NCBI GenBank assembly: GCA_027622595.1
Contig: JAQBZZ010000006.1
Coordinates: 1 to 52,709 of the forward strand
DNA: 52,709 bases
DNA from: Chloroflexota bacterium
Lineage (GTDB): Bacteria > Chloroflexota > Dehalococcoidia > Lucifugimonadales > UBA2985
Direction of reading: 5' to 3'
Shown: one piece after another, positions 1 through 8,578 of the stretch
Layout of the letters: every line of letters begins with the position of its first letter
Numbering within the stretch: position 1 is the first letter of the stretch
Position numbers and translations under genes: made by a program
Notes under the pieces: model-generated
The model's database searches: none
Told to the model about the DNA's origin: nothing
What the model saw: the letters and a program-made list of their open reading frames with translations, nothing else

Positions 1-68
1 CCAAGATGGTGGACGCTATCTTGGAAAAGGTCGCTCTTTGTAAAGCCGTTATTGTAACACCACACTAG
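1..68 (+). mobile_element. Right end of an IS630-family insertion sequence (transposase C-terminus and terminal repeat), truncated by the window start
   Basis: The frame from nt 3 reads KMVDAILEKVALCKAVIVTPH* and ends ...ACACCACAC-TAG at 66-68. This resembles the IS630 C-terminal pattern W-T-K-x-x-D-x-I-L-x-K...H*, whose stop runs into the TA target. Confidence 0.7.
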
Positions 69-93
69 AATGGAACCGAGAGGACGAAATCCA

Positions 94-306
94 ATGTTTG
101 AGGTCATTGCGTTTTTGGTCGCAGCCGTCTTCATATATGGGATGGTCGAGTTCTATATATGGGGGATTCGAGAGGAGCAATGGCTCGCTCTTGCAGTTGC
201 CACCTTGGTAGGACCGCCTATTTTTCTTCTGGTACCGATTCTTCACGGTGGTACGAATGTGCTGGGAGCTCTGAAGCGACTCGTATTCAAGGACCACGAA
301 GGTTAG
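94..306 (+). CDS. Small hypothetical membrane protein (70 aa, about 2 TM)
   Basis: ORF 70..306. The ATG at 94 follows a GAGAGGA Shine-Dalgarno (SD) sequence. Two hydrophobic stretches. Confidence 0.6.
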   Translation: MFEVIAFLVAAVFIYGMVEFYIWGIREEQWLALAVATLVGPPIFLLVPILHGGTNVLGALKRLVFKDHEG

Positions 307-342
307 AATCTCCCCTGATTCGCGCCTGAGTGGCACATATAC

Positions 343-600
343 TTGCCATTGGATTGCCTGTCCCAGATGTGGCTTTTGGCAGGCGAACCAGCGCTGGCCA
401 TAGAGACCGCGATGGAAGCTGTAGCCCTGGACCAGTTTCGAGAAATCAGCCACCAGCTTCTCATGCGTTCCCACGTGGCAATAGGCAATCCATCGGAAGC
501 TGTTATCGTCTATCATAGCCTTCGGGGGCTGCTTGCAGATGAGCTTGGCACCGACCCCTCGAATGAAACAGAGGCCCTTTACGTGGAGCTTCTGGGTTAA
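343..600 (+). pseudogene. C-terminal fragment of a BTAD (SARP-type bacterial transcriptional activator) domain
   Basis: ALDQFREISHQLLMRSHVAIGNPSEAVIVYHSLRGLLADELGTDPSNETEALY matches the BTAD motif (dPlrE..h..LMr.....G....AL..Y..l...L..ELG.eP...t..l). No N-terminal HTH, no RBS, and upstream frames contain stops. Confidence 0.7.
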
Positions 601-640
601 TTCAGCTTGTCGACTACACGTCAAGAGTTGCCAGCGGGGA

Positions 641-669
641 TTGTCTTGATATTGGTGCGTGTATATAAT
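641..669 (+). promoter_or_regulatory. Sigma70-type promoter for ilvE
   Basis: TTGTCT-17 nt-TATAAT, with AAGGAG SD before ATG 702. Confidence 0.6.
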
Positions 670-701
670 GCCTCCAGTTTCTGGAATAAGGAGCCAAGCG
701 A

Positions 702-1640
702 ATGACCTATGCCTTCATGAACGGAGAATTTCTGCCATTAGCTGAGGCGAAGGTAGGAGTGATGACCCACGCCCTCCACTACGGCACCTCCGTCTTTGAA
801 GGTATCAGGGGGAACTGGAATCCCGAACAGGAAAAGCTGTACGTATTCCGGCTCAAGGAGCACTACGAGCGGTTTCTACAGGGCTGCAAGATAATGCGCA
901 TCAAGGTTCCACACACAGCGGAGGAATTGAGCAGCATCACCCTGGATTTGCTGGGACGGTCTGGATACCAGCAGGACATTTACATACGTCCACTGGCCTT
1001 CAAAGGTGAAGAGCGGGTGGCCATCCTCAAACTCCAGGACCTGTCTGACTCACTGGTGATATTCCCCATTCCTCTTGGTGCTTACCTTGACCTTGATGCA
1101 GCTGCCAGGTGCTGCACATCCAGTTGGCGGCGTATGGAGGACACCATGATACCCCCGAGGAACAAGATAGGGGGGCTGTACGTGAACAGCATCCTGGCCA
1201 AGACGGAGGCCACTCTGGCGGGCTTTGATGAGGCCATTCTCCTTACCAATGAGGGCTATGTCTCGGAGGGTGCAGGTGAGAATATATTCATGGTGATGAA
1301 CGGCAAGCTGATAACTCCCTCCGTCTCCGACAACATACTGGCGGGAATTACCAGGGACGCGGTGATTCGGATCGCCAAGAATGAACTGGGTTTGGAAACG
1401 ATGGAGAGAAGCATGCGGCGTAGCGAACTCTACAACGCCGATGAGTGCTTCCTCACGGGCACAGCTGCTCATCTCACTCCTGTGGGGTCTATCGATAACA
1501 TCGAGATTGGCGACGGTGAGATCGGCCAGATTACAAAAGAACTGCAGCGGCTTTACTTCGATGTCATTCGGGGCAGAATACCCAAGTATCTGCACTGGTG
1601 TACCCTCGCTTCGACCACAGCGGCAAAGGCTTCGCGCTAG
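702..1640 (+). CDS. ilvE: Branched-chain amino acid aminotransferase (PLP fold IV)
   Basis: LHYGTSVFEGIR, YIRP, catalytic K in KIGGLYVNS, EGAGENIF, ILAGITR and ADECFLTGTAA motifs. Confidence 0.95.
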   Translation: MTYAFMNGEFLPLAEAKVGVMTHALHYGTSVFEGIRGNWNPEQEKLYVFRLKEHYERFLQGCKIMRIKVPHTAEELSSITLDLLGRSGYQQDIYIRPLAFKGEERVAILKLQDLSDSLVIFPIPLGAYLDLDAAARCCTSSWRRMEDTMIPPRNKIGGLYVNSILAKTEATLAGFDEAILLTNEGYVSEGAGENIFMVMNGKLITPSVSDNILAGITRDAVIRIAKNELGLETMERSMRRSELYNADECFLTGTAAHLTPVGSIDNIEIGDGEIGQITKELQRLYFDVIRGRIPKYLHWCTLASTTAAKASR

Positions 1641-1732
1641 TGGCGGTAGCGGGGACTGCTTATTGTCCGAAAAGGAATACATGGTGTACTCTCTTGGCAA
1701 GTAGGTGCTTTTTGAAAGCAGGGGTTTGAAGA

Positions 1733-2176
1733 ATGACCTTAGGCCAGGAATATCTGATTCTTGTGTTCTTAGTGTGTTGCAGCGTGGTGCAGGTGGCTGC
1801 TGCCTATGGCGGGCTGAAGGGCTTGCTTTTCATAGGGAACAGGCGCTTTTCAGCCGCACTCGGTATCGGAGTGATACTGGGCTCCCTGGCGTGGTTCTTC
1901 TGGGACGGGGATAGGAATCTCCCTGACACTGGAGGAGGCATCGCCGGAGCATCCCAATTCGGTTTTTTCGTCCTCGGCGGTTTTCTAGCTCTGCTGGTTA
2001 CGTTTGCGGTTACTTCGTTCACCAATTTCAACAGGAAGTCGCTTGACAACACGGTCGACACAACTGACGGCCTGACGTCCCTTAGAGAGACCACCTTTTT
2101 TCAAGCTCTATCGAATAATCTGGGCATGGCATGGAAACTATATCGCAGGTTGACGCGGAAATATTCCTCTGGATAA
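1733..2176 (+). CDS. Hypothetical membrane protein (about 3 TM)
   Basis: 147-aa ORF with three hydrophobic segments; overlaps the next gene. Confidence 0.75.
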   Translation: MTLGQEYLILVFLVCCSVVQVAAAYGGLKGLLFIGNRRFSAALGIGVILGSLAWFFWDGDRNLPDTGGGIAGASQFGFFVLGGFLALLVTFAVTSFTNFNRKSLDNTVDTTDGLTSLRETTFFQALSNNLGMAWKLYRRLTRKYSSG

Positions 2177-2721
2177 ATGGCTGGGTTGGCACCTCATCCA
2201 CCTTCGATAGGTTGGTGCAGTGGGTGGTCAGCGACTACCTGATCCCTGTGGTATTCTCCGTTGTCCTTCTGGGACTCTGGTTTGGCTGGACGGACCAGTC
2301 CATGCGGGAGCGGCATCAGAGAGGCGTGATGCTGGCTGGGATAACCGTGGGGATAGCCAGCACTTTTGTGAAGATATCCAACGTGTTCTACTTTCGTCCC
2401 CGTCCCTTTGATTCCTTGGATGTGGAGCTTCTGTTCTACCCCCCCACAGACTCCTCGTTCCCGGCCAACCCCGTTACGGTCGCAGTTGCCATGGCAACGG
2501 GTGTGTGGGTGGTTAACAAGCGCATTGGCACCGTCATGTATATAGGTGCCTTTGTATATGGGTTCTCCAGGGTTTACGCCGGAGTATTCTATCCCCTTGA
2601 TGTCGTAGGCGGGGCGGTCATTGCCATTTTGTCGACATACCTGGTGTACTTTATCCTCAGGCGCATAGAGCCGGTGCCAACCCTATGCCTCAGACTGGTC
2701 AGATTCCTCTGCATCGCCTGA
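2131..2721 (+). CDS. PAP2-family membrane protein (BcrC/undecaprenyl-PP phosphatase-like) with degenerate catalytic motifs
   Basis: C1 K...RPRP is present. C2 is SSFPANP (canonical SFPSGH) and C3 is SRVYAGVFYPLD (canonical SRxxxGxHyPxD). Confidence 0.85.
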   Translation: METISQVDAEIFLWINGWVGTSSTFDRLVQWVVSDYLIPVVFSVVLLGLWFGWTDQSMRERHQRGVMLAGITVGIASTFVKISNVFYFRPRPFDSLDVELLFYPPTDSSFPANPVTVAVAMATGVWVVNKRIGTVMYIGAFVYGFSRVYAGVFYPLDVVGGAVIAILSTYLVYFILRRIEPVPTLCLRLVRFLCIA

Positions 2722-2725
2722 GAGA

Positions 2726-3499
2726 TCAGGGGCGAAAATTCCACCACTTCCGCTTTGAGGTTATCGAAGGCAAGTCCAGGTCTGGCATTTTGTCTTGAAG
2801 AATCGCCTGAGGAATATCCTCTACCATCTTGCGGGCTGCCTCATCTCCAACCACCTTTGCCGCTGCGGTTACTCCTGGTGAAAGTATAGGAGTCCTTACA
2901 CCACGCGATGTATGGCAATCCGACGCAATAATATGGACCAGGTTCTGCTGAAGAAGCTCCTTTGCGGTCTTTTGATAGTCTTTGCCCAGAGCACCAGAGA
3001 TACTTCCTGCGGTTATCTGGGTAAGAACGCCCCTGTTCACCAGGTTAGCTAGGATTTCGGAGTTTCCCTGGATAGCTAGATTTCTCTCTGGATGTACCAC
3101 TATGGGTCGTAGGCCGCTGATCTGTAATTTGAACAGCACCTCTTCTGCATAGAACGGATAGAACTCAAATGGCAGCTCAATGAGAATGTAATGGGTTCCA
3201 TCGATTGGCAAGGCCTTGCCCTGCGCCACCTGTTCCGGTGTATCCATCTCCAGGTGGTTCTCCATACCCAGGATGATCTTCAGAGACATGGACCTCGCCT
3301 GGATTTCCTGATTAAGCTGATATAGCAGGGATATTACCGCGGATATTGATGACCTCTCATTAACATCACGGTTGTGGGGAGTGGCCACAATGGTCCGCGT
3401 GCCATCCTCGTAGGCAATCAGTGCCATCTCAACCGACTCCTCCATGGTGGAGGGGCCGTCGTCTACGTCCGGGAGGATATGACTGTGCAGGTCAAGCAC
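2726..3499 (-). CDS. CpsB/CapC/YwqE-family PHP tyrosine-protein phosphatase
   Basis: DLHSHILPDVDDG, ATPH, HPERN and IASDCH metal-binding motifs. Confidence 0.9.
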   Translation of the reverse strand: MLDLHSHILPDVDDGPSTMEESVEMALIAYEDGTRTIVATPHNRDVNERSSISAVISLLYQLNQEIQARSMSLKIILGMENHLEMDTPEQVAQGKALPIDGTHYILIELPFEFYPFYAEEVLFKLQISGLRPIVVHPERNLAIQGNSEILANLVNRGVLTQITAGSISGALGKDYQKTAKELLQQNLVHIIASDCHTSRGVRTPILSPGVTAAAKVVGDEAARKMVEDIPQAILQDKMPDLDLPSITSKRKWWNFRP

Positions 3500-3640
3500 T
3501 GTGGGTTTCCCTCGGGATGATGAGACATTGACTCGTCGAACTGTTCAGGTTGCGTCAGCACGGCTACTTTGATGGAATTGCATGTAGCTGTCAAGGCCGA
3601 GCTTGCCTTAAAGCAATCCTAAGCTCAGACGTGAGGTTTG

Positions 3641-3677
3641 ATAGCTTTTCCCGGCGTGTAGGGAAAAAGGCCTATCG
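3641..3677 (-). terminator. Hairpin downstream of the MshA-like gene (probable terminator)
   Basis: GATAG..TTTTCCC-loop-GGGAAAA..CTATC inverted repeat just after the stop at 3682. Confidence 0.4.
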
Positions 3678-3681
3678 CTTA

Positions 3682-4944
3682 TTAAATGGATGGGTCCAGC
3701 AGTGCATGGTAGGAATCCATGAGGTTATCTACCACAAGGGGCCAGCGCATGGACATAGCAGTCTTCCGTGAAGCCTCGCCCATGGCGTTCCTGATAGTTG
3801 GACTGCCGAGAAGAACGTCAAGACCATCGGCAAAGGGTTCGGGACAGCGCCACGGTATCAAGTAACCGTTCAAGCCGTCCTTCACTATGGTTGGCAGACC
3901 GCCGACCCGGGAGGCGATTACAGGAGTGCCGCAGGCCATGGATTCCAGTGCCACCAGACCAAAGCTTTCGTAATAAGAGGGAACTACGCATATGTCTGCC
4001 GCGTTATAGTAGGTTGGAAGCTCTTGCTGGTTCATTCTACCCAGAAAGCTGACACGGTCGGATATTCCAAGCTCATGGCTCAAAGACTTCAGTCGGCCCA
4101 TTTCTGAATCTTCCTCCAGGTCTCCGCCCACTATCAGGGTTTTAACAGATTCCCCTTGCTCCAGTTGGGCCACGGCCTTGAGAAGGATATCCACTCCTTT
4201 GAGGGGTTCAAGCCTGCCAACGTACAGCACCACATTGCCATCCTGAAGGCCAAGCTTCTGTCTTGCTATCTTCTGGTCCGAAGGACTGAAAAGCTCCACG
4301 TCGACGCCACAGGGGATTATCTCTATCTTCTCGTCGGGAGCGTCATAGAGCCGTATCATGGCGTCCCTTTCGTGTTGGCTAAAGACCACTATGGAGTCTG
4401 CCGATTGCATTACCTTCGTCTCCCCTGTGGTTCGCTCCGCTGGCTCTCTTTCTCCCACCCTAGCCTGACGTTTGATCTCAGACAGTGTGTGGAAGCTCGT
4501 TACGTGAGGAATGCTCCAGTGACGTGCCAGGATGGTCCCGACCAGTCCCGATAGCCAGTAGTGTGAGTGAATTAAGTCATAGGAGAGGTCGTGTTGCTTG
4601 GTATACTCAAGGAGCCTGCACACGAATTCCGGAAGGTGATAGGGTATGGTGGTCTTGTCGGCGGAGAAGCTGCCTGCGCTTATGTGGATAACCCTGGCTC
4701 TTTCTGCCACCTGCTCTATCTGTGGGTCTTTGGTGTCATGGTATCGGGTGAAGATGTCGACGTATATCCCTCTATTGCTCAATTCCTGGGCAACCTTGCG
4801 GATGTATACGTTCATGCCGCCGGTATCCTTGCTTCCCAGTTGGGCCGTAGGACACCCGTGAACACTGATTATCGCGATTCTCTTTATAGAATCACCTTCG
4901 GTTAGTGCACCAGTGAAGCAATTGTTTTGCAAAGGGTTTGCCAT
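3682..4944 (-). CDS. GT4 glycosyltransferase, MshA (D-inositol-3-phosphate glycosyltransferase)-like
   Basis: ISVHGCP..LGSKDTGGMNVY, IHSHYWLSG, FHTL, VGRLEPLKG and ESFGLVALESMACGTPV are MshA-subfamily motifs. Confidence 0.85.
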   Translation of the reverse strand: MANPLQNNCFTGALTEGDSIKRIAIISVHGCPTAQLGSKDTGGMNVYIRKVAQELSNRGIYVDIFTRYHDTKDPQIEQVAERARVIHISAGSFSADKTTIPYHLPEFVCRLLEYTKQHDLSYDLIHSHYWLSGLVGTILARHWSIPHVTSFHTLSEIKRQARVGEREPAERTTGETKVMQSADSIVVFSQHERDAMIRLYDAPDEKIEIIPCGVDVELFSPSDQKIARQKLGLQDGNVVLYVGRLEPLKGVDILLKAVAQLEQGESVKTLIVGGDLEEDSEMGRLKSLSHELGISDRVSFLGRMNQQELPTYYNAADICVVPSYYESFGLVALESMACGTPVIASRVGGLPTIVKDGLNGYLIPWRCPEPFADGLDVLLGSPTIRNAMGEASRKTAMSMRWPLVVDNLMDSYHALLDPSI

Positions 4945-4965
4945 ATAGAGTTCGTTTCAGATGGA

Positions 4966-5952
4966 CTAGTGGAGTATGGAAAGGCGGTACAGCCCCTGTC
5001 CTGTGGCTCCCAGATGCTGTTTGTAAGGCTCAGTGCCGCGGAGGAGGTCAAAGTAGTCCTTGCCCTCGCCGATGGCATTCTTCAGGCACAGTGCCTTCAG
5101 AAGGAACCCTGTCCCCAGTGCCGCGTAATCGAGGTTATGGCCGCTATTGTATAGAGATAGGACGTTGTTGTAGTCGAAACACACCGTCGCAGCGGTCCTG
5201 ACTCCGTTCACTTCCAGGAAAAAGAGATGCAGGAGACCGCGCTCGGCCATCTTCAGAGACATGTCACGGAAGAAAGCCCCTCTGTCCTCCGTCAGGAACT
5301 CGGACTTCTCCTCCCTGCTCTGTCCCATGAGGTCAAGGAAGTCATCCATAGCGTCAGATACGCCCTGGAAATCGCTCAGCTGTTGGATGTTGTAATTCAC
5401 GGATTCGTCAAGACGTCGCAGCTTGCGGCGTAACTCGTGGCGGTCCTTTTTCCTCAGTCCCATGAGGTACTCATCCCAGGTGTCCGGAAGGGTGACTCCC
5501 ATGAGATTGTCTTCTTCAATCTGCTCTACTTTGTAGCCCTTATTTTGAGCCAGGGCTGGCAGATGGCCCAGGGTTGGCGACCCTTCCAGGAGGGACTCCA
5601 GCCGGAGTTCTGACCATTCCTCGTCTTCCAGGTAGCACATGAGGGCTTGGAAGAACCCGGCCTCCTGGCCCTTTGTCACTATAAAGTCATGGATGTCCCA
5701 TAAATCGGTCCCACCCAGGAAGGTAATCAGTCCGTTGTTCTTCAGCAGGGGGGCTATTCCTATGGTGATGCCGTCTTCCATTAGCTTGACGAGTCTGAGT
5801 TCCTGACCGCTGGTCTGCATGCTTTCCCACCAGGTCTTTTGCCAATATGGGGTCAGGAATATATTGTTGGCGACACTGTTCGAGAGAAGGTGTTCCCACT
5901 CTGCCTCAATGGTCTGAAAGCTCTCTATGCTAAAGGAATAGTCCAAATTCAA
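4966..5952 (-). CDS. GNAT-fold acyltransferase, CelD/BcsL (Acetyltransf_6)-like
   Basis: IFLTPYWQKTWW, IGIAPL, WDEYL..LRKKDRHELRRKLRRL, LYNSG and FDLLRGTEPYK. Confidence 0.85.
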   Translation of the reverse strand: MNLDYSFSIESFQTIEAEWEHLLSNSVANNIFLTPYWQKTWWESMQTSGQELRLVKLMEDGITIGIAPLLKNNGLITFLGGTDLWDIHDFIVTKGQEAGFFQALMCYLEDEEWSELRLESLLEGSPTLGHLPALAQNKGYKVEQIEEDNLMGVTLPDTWDEYLMGLRKKDRHELRRKLRRLDESVNYNIQQLSDFQGVSDAMDDFLDLMGQSREEKSEFLTEDRGAFFRDMSLKMAERGLLHLFFLEVNGVRTAATVCFDYNNVLSLYNSGHNLDYAALGTGFLLKALCLKNAIGEGKDYFDLLRGTEPYKQHLGATGQGLYRLSILH

Positions 5953-6104
5953 CTCCTAAAAGGGTACAGGGTCACATTTGATGTTTTTAATATATTGAAT
6001 TTGAGGAACACTCAAACTGTGTTTTTATTTAACGTACAACTGTGATCAATGGGGACTGTAATATTTGATGCCAAAACGAGGAGTCCGATTCCCCATTATC
6101 GACT

Positions 6105-7235
6105 TTAGCAAATTGGCTCAGGATACCAGGGTATCACCTCAATGGCTTTGGCTCTCAGGCTCAATGATTCCTTGACCACCTCTTCAAGAGCCTTTTCCAT
6201 GGCCCCTAAATCCAGCGGTAGCTCTTGGAGGGGCATATCGGCTTGCTGAGAAGCCAGGTCGGGGTCTTTCAGGCCCGTGCCGGTTATAACACATACTACG
6301 CGCTTGTCGCTGAAGTCCATCCCCCCTCTGGATAACTTTGCCACTCCCGCAACGGATGCAGCCGAGGCAGGTTCCCCAAAGATACCCTCTTTGCTGGCCA
6401 GCATCTTGTAGGCTGCGAGAATCTCATCATCTGACACGGAGTCTATGATACCATCGGACTCGTCACGAGCGGTCAGTGCCTGTTTCCAACTCGCAGGGTT
6501 GCCGATTCTTATGGCTGAGGCCACTGTTTTAGGCTCTGCGATTGGCTCTCCTCTCACAATCGGAGCCGACCCCTCGGCCTGGAAGCCCATCATACGTGGC
6601 CTTTTTGTGGATTTACCCAGGCTATTGTACTCACAGAACCCTCTCCAGTAGGCGGTTATGTTGCCCGCGTTTCCAACGGGTATGAAGAGGTAGTCAGGAG
6701 CGTCTCCCAGATCGTCTACGATTTCGAAGGCTGCGGTCTTTTGTCCCTCTATACGATATGGATTCAGGGAGTTGACCAGAGTAACAGGGTATTTCTCGGT
6801 GAATGTCCGTACCATGGTAAGCGCCTGGTCGAATGTGCCGCTGACCACCATTATATTGGGTCTGAAGGCCAGGGCCTGGGCCATTTTCCCGGCGGCGATT
6901 TCGCCCTTGGGCACCAGTACGATGGTGGTCAGTCCGCAGTAGGCCCCGTAGGCTGCGGCCGAAGCGCTGGTATTGCCTGTTGAAGCGCACATAATAGCGG
7001 TGCTGCCCGCCTCGATTGCTTTTGCCACCGCCATCACCATGCCGCGGTCCTTGAAAGACCCGGAGGGGTTGCATCCCTCCAGCTTGAAATAGAGCTCGCC
7101 GCATCCAAGCTCATTGGCTATGAAGCGAGACCTGACCAGGGGCGTGTTTCCCTCTCCCATAGATATCATAGGGGTATTGGGAGTGATTTCCAGGAAATCC
7201 CGGTATCTCTTAAGGACTCCTTCTCTCATATCCAC
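6105..7235 (-). CDS. thrC: Threonine synthase (start may be ATG 7229)
   Basis: GEGNTPL, NPSGSFKDRG (PLP lysine), CASTGNTSAS and PVGNAGNI; adjacent to hom. Confidence 0.95.
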   Translation of the reverse strand: MDMREGVLKRYRDFLEITPNTPMISMGEGNTPLVRSRFIANELGCGELYFKLEGCNPSGSFKDRGMVMAVAKAIEAGSTAIMCASTGNTSASAAAYGAYCGLTTIVLVPKGEIAAGKMAQALAFRPNIMVVSGTFDQALTMVRTFTEKYPVTLVNSLNPYRIEGQKTAAFEIVDDLGDAPDYLFIPVGNAGNITAYWRGFCEYNSLGKSTKRPRMMGFQAEGSAPIVRGEPIAEPKTVASAIRIGNPASWKQALTARDESDGIIDSVSDDEILAAYKMLASKEGIFGEPASAASVAGVAKLSRGGMDFSDKRVVCVITGTGLKDPDLASQQADMPLQELPLDLGAMEKALEEVVKESLSLRAKAIEVIPWYPEPIC

Positions 7236-7267
7236 TATCCACGCTTTCTTGGGTCGAGGGGTCGAGT

Positions 7268-8578
7268 CTATTCCTCTACCCGCAAAAAATTGCCGATCTC
7301 TCTCACCATTTCCAGCTTCTCCAGTTCCTTCAAAGCCTGTTGGACATCCTTTTCTCGGGAAGGATGTGTAGTTATGACCAACTCCGCTGTCTGGTCTCTG
7401 TGGTCCGCCTCTTTCTGCATTACTGAGGCGATGCTTATCTGGAGATTCCCAAGTATAGCGGCCATTTGGGCAAGCACCCCGGCCTGGTCTGACACGGTTA
7501 CCCGAATGTAATAGCGAGTTACCAGGTCGGAAATGGAACGAAGTGTCATCACCCTATCCAGGGTAATAAGGCTGCTGGAGGGTAGTTCCCTGGCGATGTT
7601 CGACGCCGCTTCCAGGACGTTTCCCACCACAGCACTGGTGGTTGGCATTGAACCGGCACCGGGGCCGTGGAAAAGCACCCTGCCAACCAGGTCTCCCTCC
7701 ACTTCAACGGCATTCAACACACCATCCACCTTGGCAAGAGGCGCTTCCTTGGGGATGAGTACCGGGTGTACACGAGCCTCCAACTGGCCGCCCTCACTCC
7801 TGGCAATGGCCATCAGCTTTATGACGTACCCCAGTTCGCGTGCGTAGCGGAAGTCTCTGGCTGCGAGGCGAGAGATACCCTCCCGATATACGTCCTTGGC
7901 AGCCACCTTGGTCTGAAAGGCAAGCGAGGCCAGGATTGCCAGCTTGTAGCCGGCGTCGATTCCTTCCACATCGTTGGTGGGGTCTGCCTCGGCGTATCCA
8001 AGTTCCTGGGCCTCCTTGAGTGCCTCATCAAACTCCATGTTCTCGTAGGTCATTTTGGTTAGTATGTAGTTGGTGGTGCCATTTATAATGGCGCGGATGG
8101 CCGTTATCTCGTTGCCCCTGAGGTCCTTGGTCAACGGCCCTAGTATGGGGATGCCGCCTCCAACGCTAGCCTCGAAGAGAAGCTGGACGCAATTCTTGTT
8201 GGCAAGCTCCAACAGCTCAGGGCCGTGTTTGGCCATCACTTCTTTGTTGGCGGTGACCACAGACTTACCCTCCTGCAGGGCCTTGCGCAGATAGTCCAGT
8301 GCGGGCATTTCTCCCCCCATTGCCTCCACAACTATGTGTACTTGAGGGTCTTCCAGGATATGTGAAGGATCAGTGGTTAAGAGGCCCTTTGGCACCTCTA
8401 CGGCCCTTGGTTTATCCTGGTCCTTGACCAGGATTCGGGTGATATGAACAGCACACCCTACCTGTTTGGTAATGAGCGCACTCTTCTGTGTCAGGGCTTT
8501 CAGCACCCCGCTTCCCACCACTCCCAGGCCCAAAAGGCCCACATTTATGGACCTGTCCTTGGGGTTTACATTCTTCAT
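7268..8578 (-). CDS. hom: Homoserine dehydrogenase with C-terminal ACT domain
   Basis: GLGVVGSG, VVTANK, FEASVGGGIP, INGTTNYIL and GYAEADPT.DVEG.D motifs. Confidence 0.95.
   Translation of the reverse strand: MKNVNPKDRSINVGLLGLGVVGSGVLKALTQKSALITKQVGCAVHITRILVKDQDKPRAVEVPKGLLTTDPSHILEDPQVHIVVEAMGGEMPALDYLRKALQEGKSVVTANKEVMAKHGPELLELANKNCVQLLFEASVGGGIPILGPLTKDLRGNEITAIRAIINGTTNYILTKMTYENMEFDEALKEAQELGYAEADPTNDVEGIDAGYKLAILASLAFQTKVAAKDVYREGISRLAARDFRYARELGYVIKLMAIARSEGGQLEARVHPVLIPKEAPLAKVDGVLNAVEVEGDLVGRVLFHGPGAGSMPTTSAVVGNVLEAASNIARELPSSSLITLDRVMTLRSISDLVTRYYIRVTVSDQAGVLAQMAAILGNLQISIASVMQKEADHRDQTAELVITTHPSREKDVQQALKELEKLEMVREIGNFLRVEE

Noticed and set aside
49-624. 191-aa minus-strand ORF
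   Set aside because: Spans two plus-strand elements with better evidence (a membrane ORF with SD and a BTAD motif) and has no family motif.
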